A stretch of DNA of 64,000 nucleotides from Amphiscolops sp. MND2022 (Eukaryota). The translations under genes were made by a program, and so were the position numbers. Where the stretch lies: the NCBI GenBank assembly GCA_964187785.1, contig OZ076409.1, positions 94,738,001 through 94,802,000 on the forward strand. The letters run 5' to 3'. Position 1 is the stretch's first letter; every line of letters begins with the position of its first letter. Below the pieces are notes generated by a model. The model worked only from the letters and a program-made list of their open reading frames with translations, did no database searches and was not told where the DNA came from. This document shows positions 1 to 13,142 of the stretch, piece after piece.

Positions 1-119
1 TTTTGTATTTCATGTTAGAGGTTTTGGATGCGTTCAAAATGAAGTACTAAGTACTTATGGTAAAGTGCATAATGCAAAAAAAGTGGCACAGGGTGAGCTC
101 TTTGGTCTGATGAAAAAAG

Positions 120-660
120 AACAAGCCGGGAACGGCCAAAGTCGGCGCCATATCTAAGGCTCAAAATTTAAAAGGGGGACCCTTCGGGCTTTGTGAAACT
201 CCAGCTGGTTGCAAAAAATTTTAAAAAAATTGAAGGGGGGACCCTTTGGAGACATGAAAAAATTTCCGAAAAATTTTTTTAATGAGATTTTTGAACAGTG
301 TCACAGTGCCGAAAAATGTAAAAGGGGGGACCCTTTGCAATTTTTTGACATCCATTGTGTTGCAAAACATCAAAAAAAATTGAAGGGGGGACCCTTTGGT
401 GAAAAAATTTCAATCCAAAAAGTTTCAAAAAGTCGCATAGTTCCGAAAAAAAGTGGGGATCCTTAGTGTGATTTCGAGGTTGTGGACGTCTGTTTTGTTT
501 TTTCTTTTCGTTTTGGACGCTTCTGAGGTTGGAGTTGTTGAGGTTTGAAGTTGTGGAGGTTGTTGAACAAATGAACAAAAAGTGGACCTTTCGTGTCTAA
601 AAAAAAAACTACCCACTGTAATAGTCGGGCACATTTTCTACTAAAATGCGCCGACTAAAA
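120..660 (-). mobile_element. Family A non-autonomous Helitron2/Helentron-like element
   Basis: 5' TTTTAGTCGGCGC and 3' GCGCCGACTT + GCCG-TTCC-CGGC hairpin + TTGTT. Internal GGGGACCC repeats. Confidence 0.6.
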
Positions 661-1594
661 ACATAGCCACTGTAATAGTCGGGCACTAGAAAAGCGCCGA
701 CAAAAAAATCGGATATTAAAATCCAACATCCAGAATTTCCTAGCAGTGATGTCAGTCTTTTCATAAATCTTATGGAGTTCTAACTATTTTTCTGAAAAAC
801 TCAACTTGTTTTCCCAACAGTATTAGTTACTGAAGTAGTTGAAACGAATTTCGAAGAAAATTAGACCCCTTCGAAACTCAGCAAAATTTCCAAAAACTTC
901 AACAAATGATTCATTATTTCCACATACATATATCTCGGATTTAAATAATTTGATTGAGCAGTTTCTTTTCAATTACAAACGGATGTCTCACTGAAAGCAT
1001 TCAAATCAGAGACTATAACCTTCGTTGCTTGGATAACGAGAATACCATGTCCTTGAATATAGTCAAAACAGTCATTGAACGATCAGTTGGGTCAAATTGA
1101 ATTTTAAAAAAAACTAACAGCAAAACGCGTTAATGACCGGGGAAATGTTTTCTTGACAATTGATTGCTTGCCACAAGAATTTAATGCTAGCCAAAGAACT
1201 GGCTCCTAGCTAAATTGTCCATATGGGCTCGATAGGGAGGCTTTGGTAAAATCCCCGAAAAAATTTTTAACGCCAATAATAATTTCTCAGGAATTTAGAA
1301 GATAACTTTGAAATTCACAAAACTGGTTCAAGAACTCCAATCTACAAATCATAGGCTTTCGATTAAACTTTGAAATGCCGTGTGTGGAAACATTTGTAGC
1401 AACACTTGAATCAATCTGGAGCAAGCAAGGGTGTTCAATGAATGACTGAAGAAATAATTGCAATTAAAATATTTATTAACCAATAATTTATTTTTAGTAT
1501 TCAAAATATATAATAATTTTCCACAACGCCTTTAATTCTTCTCGGACTAAAGAACATACAACTACTAAGCGTATATGAAGTTTCGAGTCAACTA

Positions 1595-1969
1595 CAGTGT
1601 AGGACGTTGAAAATTGGCAAAACGACATTCAAATTTGTTTTCCAAAATCAGTCTGTTTTATCAGTCTTGATTCCAATTGGCTAATACCACAAATTAGACA
1701 ATCAATTTTAACAAAATAGACATTCAAAGTTAGCATACGCGACTATCATGCTACTAGAGAGGTAGAAAGATAGAAAATTCTGCTTCGCATAGCGGCACAA
1801 ACTTTCAATCTTAATTACCAGCGGTATGCGAGAAGTAGTCTGCTAAGGGATTGCTAAAAGAGAATGTCGATTTGGCAATTTTGAATGTCTATTTAGAAAT
1901 TTTAATCTTTCATCTGATTGGTTCGGGAATTTTGAATGTCGTTTTGCAAAGTTTCAGCATCTGTCACTG
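1595..1969. mobile_element. Tc1/mariner-like MITE
   Basis: TA|CAGTG...CACTG|TA. Related copy at 61559-61891. Confidence 0.75.
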
Positions 1970-2342
1970 TACTACAGACATAGTGTAACACACATCTAAC
2001 TTCTAAAAAAACCAATCGCATCGAAGATTGAATTAGAATAAATGTAATACAGCTCTAATTTCTAAAGAACAGATCACAATACACATCAAATTTGATTCAA
2101 AGGACAAATTACACATACAGCAAAAGATGTAAATAAAAGTAAAATAGTTCTAGTCAATTGATTCTACTTGAAAGGAATCGATGTCAAATTCATAATGGCA
2201 GTTTGAATTTGATTGGCAACCATTTATCAAGTAAACGAGTTCTCCTTCCAGGTTAGCTGCTTCAATTGTATGAATTTGGGATAATAAATGTAACAGCTGA
2301 AAAGAACCCATCAACTTGTTTTTAAAGTCTGTGATGACGCAA

Positions 2343-3915
2343 TCAATCCACGTGTTCTTTAAAATTGTCATCTTTTTCTGTGTTCTTTTTATTTATTTTC
2401 CAGAATTGATGCGTTCGTGCCTTTTCACACTGCCGGCAGCTGTGCTGGAATTTCTCGAAAAATATCCAGAAATGGGGGCGTTCTGTCATGATAAGATCTG
2501 TCAATTGCTTATGATACGATTCCAAATCATTATTGGTTCGCTGTTTTGCATCGTATTTTGAAAGCCCATTTGGTGTTATTCTTTTGAGCCACAAGGAGTC
2601 AAAATAAATGTAAAATTTTGATACAATTGTGTTTCTAATGACGAGAGCTCGATAAAAAATTAAGAGGGTTTCAAGATGAGGTAGCCATTTTCAATTTCGG
2701 AAGGTGGTAAACGGGGTAAAACAAAAATGTGAACACCATTTGTAATGGCAGCATTACTCCGTTGCAACGTTACGCCGCCCAACTCACGGAACTTGTTGCG
2801 AATTGCCTGTGTGAAACGAAACAAGCCGGGACCGGCCCAAGTCGGCGCCATACCCAAGGCTCAAAAATAGCAAAAGGACTTCCAAGTGTCAATTTACAGT
2901 ACTCGAAAATCAAAAAATCAAAAAAAATGGACCGAGTGGCGCGCCGGGGCCCGCTAGCGCGAGCCCCTGGCGCGCTAAAAGGGGTGACATTCCGAAATTG
3001 TCAACATTTTTGTCGCAGTTGAAGGGGGGACCCTTTGGAGAAAAAAAATTTCGAAAAAAATGTCTCAATGCCGAAAAACTGAAAGGGGGGACCCTTTGGG
3101 ATTTTTAAACACCCAATCTGTTGTAAAATATCAAAGAAATTGAAGGGGGACCCTTTGGAGAGAGAAAAATTTTTAGAAAAGTCTCACAATGCCGAAAAAC
3201 TAAAATTGGGGACCCTTTGGGGTTTTTCAACATCCATTCTGTCGCAAAACATCAAAAAATTGAAGGGGGAAAATTTTTATTTTCGGAAAAAATCTCACAA
3301 TGCCGAAAAAATGAAAGGGGGGACCCTTCGAGATTTTTCAACATCCATTCTGTCGGAAAACAGCAAAAAAATGAAGGGAAGACCCTTTTTGGGGAAAAAA
3401 TTTTCCAAAAAAAGTCTCGCAATGCAGAAAAAAATTGAAATAGGGGGACCCTTTGGTCTCGCCCGGTATTGTATGTTACGCGGAAAACAAAGGAAAAACC
3501 TTTTTGGTTCAGTTCGCTAAGGCAAATGGTGCAATTTGGTGCAATAATATTTAGAACTTTCAAGAACTATTTTGGTCAGTTCGTGTGGATTGAAAAAAAT
3601 AGTCACTATAATAGTCGCGTTTCACTTCATGAAGCGCCGACTAAAATGAACGGTAGCTGTCTAATTTTTCTTAATATAACTTCTGATCGCAAACGCTAGT
3701 CGGACATGAATGTTGTCGGTGGAAAAACGGTGAAACTTTCAAGAATTTCACTGGCGACAGCTGTGTGAAGTGTTTCTGTTTTCGCTGTCATCAATGCAAA
3801 GAAAACTGGTACCATACACCCATGAACAGATATCATAATTGTCAGTAATTGATAAAATGGCCTCTGAACAACGCCGAAAGTTGCATCTAAATGGACCCCT
3901 TTGCTTGATTAACTG
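2343..3915 (-). pseudogene. MULE (Mutator-like) transposase fossil, interrupted by a family-A repeat
   Basis: Fragments HLDATFGVVQRPFYQLLTI...PVFFALMTAKT...FMSD (~3900-3700), FTQAIRNKFRELG...LPRLP (~2815-2700) and RTNNDLESYH...P.FW (~2540-2460). Confidence 0.8.
2819..3646 (-). mobile_element. Family A element
   Basis: Same termini. Splits the MULE fossil; no TSD seen. Confidence 0.6.
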
Positions 3916-4272
3916 CAAGCCTTGAATTGACCGAAACGAAAATTACCGCAAAATTCTTTTCTGAGGTGACCATGCGACGCTAAAATTTACTTCCTTTCAG
4001 ATCAGAATAGAGAGAGCAACTCACTAAAACGGAATGAGCATCTGCTGAGTTGGGAATTGGTGGTTGAATTTGACGTCTGCGCAAATCATTGTACATTGCT
4101 CTTTGAACTTCAACAAATGATGAATTGGACTCATCAGCTACTCTTTTTTAAATTTGGCGAAGAGGAATTGACTTTCTCCGCACAATTCTTCAAATGAGAT
4201 TTTGTCATCGAATTACCTATTTCTTCGGTATCCGGTTCATGGTTATGTTCGACATTAGTTGAAAGATAGTTA

Positions 4273-4447
4273 CCGTATTTCTTCGAAGAGAAGTCACCCT
4301 CGAATATAGGCCGCCCCGATTACAAGCCGCATTAAGACTGAAAATTTTATCCTAAAAGCCATAGATAACCGTATTTCTTCGGATATAGGCCGCGAAATCG
4401 CTACGGAAAAAACTTACAAGCCGCGGCCTGTATTCGAAGAAATACGG
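4273..4447. mobile_element. pogo/Tc1-like MITE
   Basis: TA|CCGTATTTCTTCG...CGAAGAAATACGG|TA. Confidence 0.75.
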
Positions 4448-4616
4448 TATCCTTTAATTTTGCAGTGCCTTTACAGAGTGGATAATGCCTACAGCGTAAA
4501 TAAATACACTCTTTCAGTTTGTTATTTTTCATGTATAGAAATGACGCAAACAAATGAAGAAGTGTTTTCAGTCGGCGCTTTCATTAATAAAAGAGCCAGA
4601 CTAATACAGTCACTCG

Positions 4617-5405
4617 TTTTTAGTCGGCGCTTTTCTAGGGAAAAGTGCCCGACTCTTACAGTGGATAGTTTTTTTTCTTTTTTTTCGTCAGACTACAATC
4701 TCACTCTGATTGGGCCACTTTTCTTGCAATCGAAACTACTAAAACTACTACCATAAGGCCAAGTCCGTTCAGCGGAAATTAGTGCAAAAGGGTCCCCCTT
4801 TCATTTTTTTACTATTTTAACGTAACCTACAAAACCGGACGAGACTAAAGGGTCCCTCCCCCTTTTCGATTTTTTTTCGGCATTGTGCGACTTTTTTCTC
4901 GAAAATTTTTTAATGTCTCAAAAGAGTCCTTTTGAGAGTTTTTTTGATATTTTGCAACAGAATATATGTTAATAAAGCCCAAAGGGTCCCCCCTTTTCAT
5001 TTTTCGACACTATGCGACATTTTCTGAAAGATAAAAAATTCAAAAATTTCAAGTTTTTTTTTCAAAAAAAGTTTTTTGCGCTTTTTGAGCCTTAGATATA
5101 GCGCCGACTTTAGACGTTCCCGTCTTGTTCTTTTTTAAGACATAATCTTCGCGACGAACGTTAACGCTTTGTTCAGGAAACTAAACGATTACCACGGAAA
5201 CGCATCTAAGTTATTCCAAAAAGTCCCCCTTTGGTTTTTTATTTTTTAAACATAACCTACAAAACCAGACGGGACTAAAGGGTCCCCTTTTCAATTTTTT
5301 TCGGCAATATGCGACTTTTTTTCGAATTTTTTTCTACAAAGGGTCCCCCTTCGATTTTACTTGACCCTTAGATATTGCGCCGACTTGAGACGTTCCCGTC
5401 TTGTT
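4617..5405 (+). mobile_element. Family A element plus a second tandem 3' segment
   Basis: TTTTTAGTCGGCGC at 4617. 3' ends GCGCCGACTT..GACGTTCCCGTCTTGTT at ~5129 and ~5405. Confidence 0.6.
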
Positions 5406-6203
5406 ATTTAAGCCTTCAATTGTGGTGAAATCACAATTTTCCATCGGTAAAACAGATGTTTGGAATGTGTTGTGTGGAGCTGAGAGGTTAAACTGAGTAA
5501 GATTTTTTGAAAATGAAATTTTTCAAATGAAAAATGTGAAAATGAATAATTACATACCTGTGAAACGAAACTATGTCACGCAATTACATTTTTGATTAAG
5601 TGTTACATTGTTGATATCCGTTAACACTTTAATTGGCGGTAATAACTATATTGCTTTAATCTGGCAAATAATTATAATTATTAATTTTAACCTGGCAAAC
5701 AATACTATGGCTCTGATAGGCAAATTAGATGTGTATTACATTATGTCTGTATGACGATCCCCGAAGTTTTGAATTCGCATTTGAAGCTCTCGGCGAACGA
5801 AAATATTTACCACTCATTCGCTTCATCTCAATGAATTCGGCGTTACAAATGCATAATTAACATTGGCTCGCTTCATTGCACGAGAATTGAATAAACCAAC
5901 TGTCGTCTACGCTTATACTCACTGCCGAACAAATAATCTGAATCTTTTCCAGTTGGTACTGGGTTAAGAAACTCGTCTGATACCCAGCTGAAAAAACTCT
6001 TCCTTACCGTATCTATATTACTCCAGCTCCACCCAAATTGATATAAGCATAATTAACTTCCAGAAAAACTATGGTTGAAAACGAGAAAAATATTTTTCAA
6101 AATGAGAAAAACATTTTCAACTGTTATAAATATTTGACACTTTGATGGCAAAAAACGATTTAAAAATATATGTATTTCTCCTCTGAAAAAATTAACGACT
6201 GAC

Positions 6204-6333
6204 CTTTGTGGTCGACTGTGTTGATGAATGCCTTGGCCTTGAGTAGGGCATCGGTTATCTCTACATGGCCCAGTTTGGCAGCGTGCATCACAGCAGTCAT
6301 GCCCGTTTTGTCGACCACGTCCAATTGAGGAAC
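6204..6333 (-). CDS. KIDINS220: KIDINS220-like exon 4 (further exons not found; probably left of the window)
   Basis: tttgaag acceptor, then VPQLDVVDKTGMTAVMHAAKLGHVEITDALLKAKAFINTVDHK, then gtcagt donor. Confidence 0.8.
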
Positions 6334-6960
6334 CTTCAAAGACAAAATGGTTCAGAGCAAAAATCAAAAATCTATTGCTTCAATCGTACTAAATACCAGC
6401 CAAATCTAATGGATTTGCATTCCATCAACCTAAAACTAGGGGGAGGCAGAGTATCCAAATCTTTTTGAAGACATGGGAGATAAAATTTCTAGTTGACAAC
6501 ATCAACTTCCTCTCGTAATCGACCGTCAACAATTTCCTCGAAAATGAGAAGTTCAAGAAAAATACCAAGTAATTTCGATTATGATCATACCTGACACCCA
6601 GTGTTGTACAATTAAAGGATAATATAAAGGATCATGATCATTTAGATGGTTATAAAAATTTTCCACCCTACAAAAGCGATTCATTTAAAGGAATAATCAT
6701 TTAAATGAATAGTGATAGTTTAAATAAAAAGAAACTGTACTCTCAATGTGAATCGAACCGCTGCGATAGAGACGGGAGTCAACTCAATCTATTTTTTGGG
6801 AAGTTTTAATACCTATTACTCAGAATTTTCAAGTTAAAGTATTCAATTATAAGAAAACAGGGCTCAATACTTCACGGAAAATCGATTGTCCATGAATAAC
6901 ATTGATGGGATTAAAAAGCGATAAGGAAGTCAAAATTTAATGACAACCTTGATTCTTAAC

Positions 6961-7094
6961 CTTGGTGAGAATTAAATCCACAAGACGTTGGCACCCAGAC
7001 AAAACGCTGGCTATGAGAGGGGTCCACCCATTCATTCCAGACATGTCAACGTCAGCTCCGTTCTGGATCAACATTTGCGCACATTCGATGCTAC
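6961..7094 (-). CDS. KIDINS220: KIDINS220-like exon 3
   Basis: caacag acceptor, then GSIECAQMLIQNGADVDMSGMNGWTPLIASVLSGCQRLVDLILTK, then gttaag donor. Phases fit both neighbours. Confidence 0.85.
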
Positions 7095-7756
7095 CTGTTG
7101 AAAGATTGATGCTACCTGTGTAAATTGTATTCTATTCAAATATCAATTCCAATTTAAAAGCAAAAACATAACTCTGAAGTAATGCGAACACACATGTTGA
7201 GAAAATGAAAAGCATAAATCTAAAACGCTTGAAAAAAAAAGAGGGAAGTAAGAAAATGTTAGCTTGTGGTCTCCATGCATACAGTATTGTGATCAAGAAA
7301 TCGTACCCCTATGACGTTCTCAGCCAATTAAAAATATTCATTTGCTCTCAGTTTCAATTTTGATTGGCGCATCAAGTGAAATCGATATAAATTGAGGAAA
7401 TTTTACCTTTTTAGTCTGATACTTCGGAAACGGTTGATCTTTGTTGAAATCAAAATACATCCATGGATTCAGTAGATTTGTTTGAATTAGTTGAGCATAA
7501 AACTTGCCAAAAACCGTGAAAGCGTTCAAAAATTCGAAATACGGCAAAAAGTCCCAATTTTGCCTAAAATCAGCTTAGCTATTTGTAACTCTCAATTTTT
7601 GTCTTAGAAATTTTGAAAAATACTAACTAGATGAAATTCTAAGAAACTTTTACTTCTGATGTTTTTCATAATTGTCAACCGATTTCGACAAAATCGAGCC
7701 TAAAATCGCCCGAGGATGATTTGTTAATCAAGTACTGTACTCCAAGCGATTCTCAC

Positions 7757-8012
7757 CTTTCCTGCAGCTCCACAAGAGAGGTGTGGAGCCATACCTATCA
7801 GGAGAGTTGATGGCCCCAACAGACAATTGGGCCCCCTCTATGAGTAGCCTGACCACTTCGGCATGTCCTCTACCGGCCGCCCAGGACAGACATGAGACGC
7901 CATATATGTCCTTGTGCTCCACAGACGCGCCTTTCTCCATCATCAGCGAGACCAAAGAAGGCAGATTCAGAAAGCACGCCCATGTCAAGGGAATCCAGTT
8001 GTTGCGGTCGGG
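7757..8012 (-). CDS. KIDINS220: KIDINS220-like exon 2 (ankyrin repeats)
   Basis: tttcag acceptor, then PDRNNWIPLTWAC...WAAGRGHAEVVRLL...DRYGSTPLLWSCRK, then gtgaga donor. WAAGRGH and D(K/R)YGxTPLxW are characteristic of KIDINS220. Confidence 0.85.
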
Positions 8013-8743
8013 CTGAAATTTGTTCAAACTTGTCAACCATCCATCTAAGGTGGAACTAATTGATCCGAAAGCCGAATACTTCATTTTCAAAAACACAAAT
8101 TACTAAAATATTTCTGCAATTGCAAAACCTTCTCACAGAATCTAACATTTTATCCATCACTTCAACGAAGTTTTGGGATAAAACTTTTCATGAAAATTTG
8201 CCGACTTGAACAAAAACTAATGTTACAAATAATAGTAAGGTAGAATGAACATTCACATTTCACAAAGTTTGACGAATATTTTAGGGAAGCACATGCGCAT
8301 TTACATCTTTTTGGTCAAGTTTTCTCTGGTCGATATAACATCTTGGGGATTAGTAGGACGAAGGTATAAATTATTGTTCTCAGAATCAAAAATCAGAAAT
8401 TTTTCATTTATCTTTACCGACACGCCCCCTCTGCACTATGGGCACAACCAAGCTGAAAAAAACTAATTTGTGGTTTCATTACGCGCGGTCCTTATAATTC
8501 GATGAAAGAAAAAAGGCGAAAGAAAATCAAAAAATCAGAAAACCCCTTAATCGCATCCGGAAATCAAATAGAAGACTTAGATGAATGTAACGGGAACCAA
8601 ACAGCATGTCATTCGGTCTTATAAAATATCAAAAGGATTACCGGCTTAGCTTTGAACTAGTTTCTGTTATGTTTCCAGTGTCTGAATTCTAAGTGAATGA
8701 AAACTTTCCAAGCAGTGAAAATTTTCCATTACACTATCTATAC

Positions 8744-9112
8744 CTTATTCATAGAAGCATCATTGTTAATCAACAGAGTGGCCACATCTTGGCGGTTTTC
8801 TTTGATGGCATAAACAAGAGCAGTCCAACTATCTGCATCTTCGATATTCACATCTATTTCCGGATGATCCAAAAGACGCTCTACTATCCCCACGTAACCC
8901 AATTCAGCTGCTATCATTAAAGGCGAGCGCGCGCCCGCTGAAGAATTGATGCATTCGTTTGCTCCACAATCCACCAGTTCATTTATGTATGGAAACTGAT
9001 TCGACAGAATAGATTGCACACTCTCTTCATCTTGTCTCTGAATAGCAGCCACAAGACGCTTCAAAATCTCCATCGAGGCATCCAGCTCTTCTTTCGTCTT
9101 GTATCGATACAT
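8744..9112 (-). CDS. KIDINS220: KIDINS220/ARMS-like ankyrin-repeat protein, coding exon 1
   Basis: SPLMIAAELG...VNIEDADSWTALVYAIKE is colinear with KIDINS220 TPLMIAAEQG...NLEDLDNWTALISASKE. Donor AAG|gtatag. Confidence 0.8.
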
Positions 9113-9643
9113 TGTGATGGATTTACAGAAGATTAAGTTTTCACACTTTCTTTGTATAAAGGGTATAAAGTTTCACCCCTCTAGAGTTCAGATTCGTCCA
9201 GGACAAGGAACGAGATAACTGACAGGCAGTTTGAAGGTGGGTTATCTCAGAGTCAGTCAGAAAAGATTCAACAAAATATACATTAAGGAATTCTACTTGC
9301 TTTCAGCAAACACTCATTTCTCATCCAGAGCAATCACTCTAACTGCGCCCATTGTTTGAGTACGTAGTCAATAGATCATTTACAAACGTCCCTTGTTTCT
9401 CAAATTACACGACTGTCGTAGAATGAAGAATCGCGAGCGGTTAACATTGGTGAGTAGATTCGGCGAAATGACAGGGGAATTAAGTATTTGAATTGCAGAC
9501 GGGAACTTGCTTAGGTTCCGGCGTGAAGAAACCAGCTCCTCATATTGCACCTAAAAAGTTGAAACGAATTCTAAGCAGATAGCCACGAGAGAGAGAGAAA
9601 AAAAACACTATCATTGCATAGGGATAGCTGACGCTTATTATAC

Positions 9644-10232
9644 AACAAGACGCCCGCTAAACACGGATATTTTCCGCGTTTTCAAAAAGTTAGGCGAAGG
9701 CGAGATTCGCACCCACTAACTACTGCCTGATAGGCGGGTGCACTACCAATTGAGCCATAGTAACTAAAATTACAACTATCCGAAGTGGATGGGGATCGTG
9801 GGGGTGGGCGGAAATAGGTCGAAGGAACGGGATCGAAAATCAGAGTTAGTCCTCAGGTCGACATACCAAATTTTTTGAATGGGATCGAAACAACTCGGAT
9901 CGAAATTTTTAAAACGTAGTCAGATATGTTCACATACCCCTAGTGCCCTAAATGCAGGAGCGAAGCGAAGCGGAGCGACGTGCCATTATGGCCATGCCTC
10001 AATGTTGCTACTTGGCGAAGGGAGCGAAGCGACCGAGCCATACAACAAATACGATAAAATTCGACCGCATTCCATTCGATCCCAGCAATTCGATCAAAAG
10101 GTTCGACCTCTGTCCTTTCGACCAGAAAAATTCGACCTGTTTACAGCCACCCGGATCGTGGATATGGCAGAATTTGGAAAAAAAAACGCAACACAGATGA
10201 TGATTTTCCAAAAAATTGTGGGGCCGGAAACT
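9644..10232 (-). mobile_element. Family B element with tRNA-like cassette, interrupted by a MITE
   Basis: AACAAGACGCCCGCTAA..ATTTTCCGC end. tRNA-like sequence at ~9690-9765 on the minus strand. Confidence 0.6.
9802..10152. mobile_element. MITE with 9-bp TSD (Mutator-like)
   Basis: GGGTGG...CCACCC TIRs, TSD GGATCGTGG. Confidence 0.85.
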
Positions 10233-10631
10233 AAGTGTAAATGACCTATGCAAAAGCATAAGTAGTTTTATCGAATTTAACAAAGAAATTTAAAAAGGCA
10301 CAGGTTTATTTGCAGCAAAAATAACGCCATGTACTAGCTGCTTGGATAGGACAAAAGTATTTGCAATAATATGGGTAAAATAATTGAATAATCTTAACTC
10401 AATCAGAAAAAAATCTGACTTGACATACCATTTTTGAGGATGGCTGTTATTTTCCATTATCTGAAAGAAGTTGATGCAAAAATCTGAAGAAGCTATATAC
10501 AATTTACAATATCCCCAAAATTTTTGGCCCAATTTGTCGGTTAAAAATTGAAAACCCCAATTTTGTGTCAAAGTCCCAAAATTTGTGTCAGAAAATCATC
10601 AATAAAGTCATTTTATTCTGACAGATTTTTT

Positions 10632-10975
10632 GGATCTTGTTTGCTAATGCCCCCAGCCTACTGCCAGAAAATTTATCTGTCCCACAAAATTTTAGCACAG
10701 AATATCCACCTACGCAGAAATAAATTATTGGCCATATCATATTAAAATGTATTCCTCGCATGTTTGCACGATGTTGTGAACAGAAAATAGTAGTCATGTC
10801 AGAAATCATGAGTCAGCTTCGTTTCACACTTGTGTGAGCAAGACAAAGCGATCATTGATTCGAAAAAGAAGTTTTTTACTTGCGCTGCATGAACAACTTC
10901 TGAAAAACTGGTCACAAAAACTTTTGGGGGGGGGGGAGCAATAAATCCGTGCGGGGGCATTAGCAAACGAGATCC
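10632..10975. mobile_element. MITE with GG..CC ends and 8-bp TSD (Merlin-like)
   Basis: TIR GGATCT(T/C)GTTTGCTAATGCCCCC, TSD GATTTTTT. Confidence 0.8.
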
Positions 10976-11583
10976 GATTTTTTTTAATTTTTTACTTTCT
11001 GTTTTAATCACGACAAATAGCCGTCGTTATTCTAGTGCCGGGTAGGTCATTGTGTAGGCGGGGAGATGACACACATCCGTGATCTGCAACCATAAGGAAA
11101 CGACATCAACGACAAAGCACAGACACTACTCTACGCAACTATCCCAGTAGACCGACAGAACCAAAAACAACCGGTACTTTCCTAATAGACCGGACAATTG
11201 AAAAAACATTCCTAATAGACCGGACGCACTATATAAAGACCGGACAATCAGTTTATTGACTTGAAGACTCGGTTTGTAAACATTATATTGACTCAATTTA
11301 CCAATTGGATACATGTAATAAAATATTAAAGTGGGGAAATATCATAATGTGGGGCATATGCGGTGTATGCACGCTCGGCCTCACCGTCGCAAAGACCAGA
11401 TCCCACTACGATCGCTTCGCGATCTCCGTTCCCGCTAGGTCTTAGCTCCTGTTCGACATCGCTTAGCAAGATGGGAATATAAGCGGCCCAAGGGGCCGCA
11501 GGGCACTAGAGGAAATGGGGACACATCCGAGGGGGTACTTAATCTACCGGACAACCTACTTAGCACACTTAAACATCTATGTA

Positions 11584-12222
11584 AACCAGAGCCGCATGTG
11601 CGGTAAAGGAGTCGGCTTAGGTCTTTTTCCTTCTGAAGTCCAAAAATGGCCTTTTTGACCATTTTTGGGCTAATTTCGGCTATGTTTCTCACATTCCAGC
11701 CATACGAATTTGATGCCATTGCACATATAGGACTCAAATATGGTGTAGAATATCTGTAGAAAATTTCGTTCGAATCGTATGGACAGTTTTTGAGAAAATC
11801 GAAAAAAGTCGAAAAATGGCTGTTTTTTGGCCATTTTTGGGCTAATTTTGGCTATGTTTCTCACATTCCAGCCATACGATTTTGATGCCATTGCACATAT
11901 AGGACTCTAATATGGTGTAGAATAACTGTAGAAAATTTCGTTCGAATCGTATGGACAGTTTTTGAGAAAATCGAAAAAAGTCGAAAAATAGCTATTTTTT
12001 GGCCATTTTTGGGCTAATTTTGGCTATGTTTCTCACATCCCAACCATACGATTTTGATGGTTTTGCACACGCAGGGGCCGCTTTGGGTGTAGAATGACTG
12101 TGCAAAATTTCGTGAAAATCGTATGGACAGTTTTTGAGAAATTTGAAATTTTCATGAAAAGGTCGAGAGAAAAAAAAACAACACGATTGCATAAGTTGTC
12201 GAAAATTTTTTCCGACTCCTAA
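11584..12222 (-). mobile_element. Family C Helitron2-like element (second partial copy ~37173-37560)
   Basis: Sub-terminal inverted repeat AGGAGTCGG/CCGACTCCT, 3' hairpin CCGCA-CA-TGCGG, end CTCTGGTT. Internal ~170-bp tandem repeats. Confidence 0.6.
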
Positions 12223-12229
12223 TAAAAAC

Positions 12230-12570
12230 GGGTGGCTGTACATAGGTCGAATTTTCCTGGTCGAAAGGACAGAGGTCGAACCTTTTGATCGAATTGCAGG
12301 GATCAAATGGAATGCGGTCGAATTTTATCGTATTTGCTGTATGGCTCGGTCCCTTCGCCTAGTAGCAACATTGAGGCATGGCCATATGGCACGTCGCTCC
12401 GCTTCGCTTTGCTCCTGCATTCAGGGCACTAGGGGTATGTGAACATATCTGACTACGTTATAAAAATTTCGATCCGAGTTGTTTCGATCCCATTAAAAAA
12501 ACTTGGTATGTCGACCTGAGGACTAACTCTGATTTTCGATCCCGTTCCTTCGACCTACTTCCGCCCACCC
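12230..12570. mobile_element. Second, inverted copy of the 9-bp-TSD MITE
   Basis: Reverse complement of 9802-10152, TSD AATAAAAAC. Confidence 0.85.
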
Positions 12571-12975
12571 AATAAAAACTTAGCTCAGGAGCGTCCGGTC
12601 TATTCTATGTAAATAAAAACTTAGCTTAGGGGCGTCCGGTCTATTGGGATTGGTTTTATAGCGCGTCCGGCTAGCAAATAATTGTCCGGTCTATTAGGAA
12701 AGTACCAAACAACCTACCAAAAAATATCCCACGCTGATTCACAAGGGCGAGAGCGACTTCTATTAGCTTGCAACTCTTCAAATTATTGGCTTGAAACATT
12801 ATTTTAAGTTCTAAAACAGACATATATTGCGATGAAGTAATGTTGATCAGCTATGGAGACACGACAGTGCCCTGGGTCATATATAAATATAAATTCTAGG
12901 AAAGAATGCCACTATTTGCAGGCCATGATTATACAAATATATGAAATTTACAAATGATCATAATTTCTTTGCATC

Positions 12976-13142
12976 GGGGAGCAGGAATAACGTCTAAGGA
13001 ATAACGTCTAAAGCCGAGTCATGCTCAGCTCAGTCATGCTCATTCCCAATCTTAATACATTGAATTTAGACGTTATTCCTTTAGACGTTATTCCCGGAAC
13101 ACCTTTTAGACGTTATTCCTTTAGACGTTATTTGCGCCCCTA
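12976..13142. mobile_element. Short MITE with 9-bp TSD
   Basis: GGAATAACGTCTAA and TTAGACGTTATTCC subterminal repeats, TSD CTTTGCATC. Confidence 0.7.

Larger units (their letters stand above)
11173..12706. mobile_element. MITE with 8-bp TSD (Merlin-like) hosting two nested insertions
   Basis: TIR GGTACTTTCCTAATAGACCGGACAATT, TSD AAACAACC. Confidence 0.85.

Noticed and set aside
209..3699. K/F-rich ORFs with KGGP/GDP motifs as a protein family
   Set aside because: Incidental translations of family A GGGGACCC repeats, with inconsistent frames between copies.
9423..9582. Divergent plus-strand mini-gene (ATG 9423, GTGAGT donor 9450, acceptor 9498)
   Set aside because: Gives only ~36 aa with no recognisable homology; cannot be supported without transcripts.
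9802..12570. One large transposon with 350-bp TIRs
   Set aside because: Each arm has its own TIRs and its own different 9-bp TSD, so these are two independent insertions.
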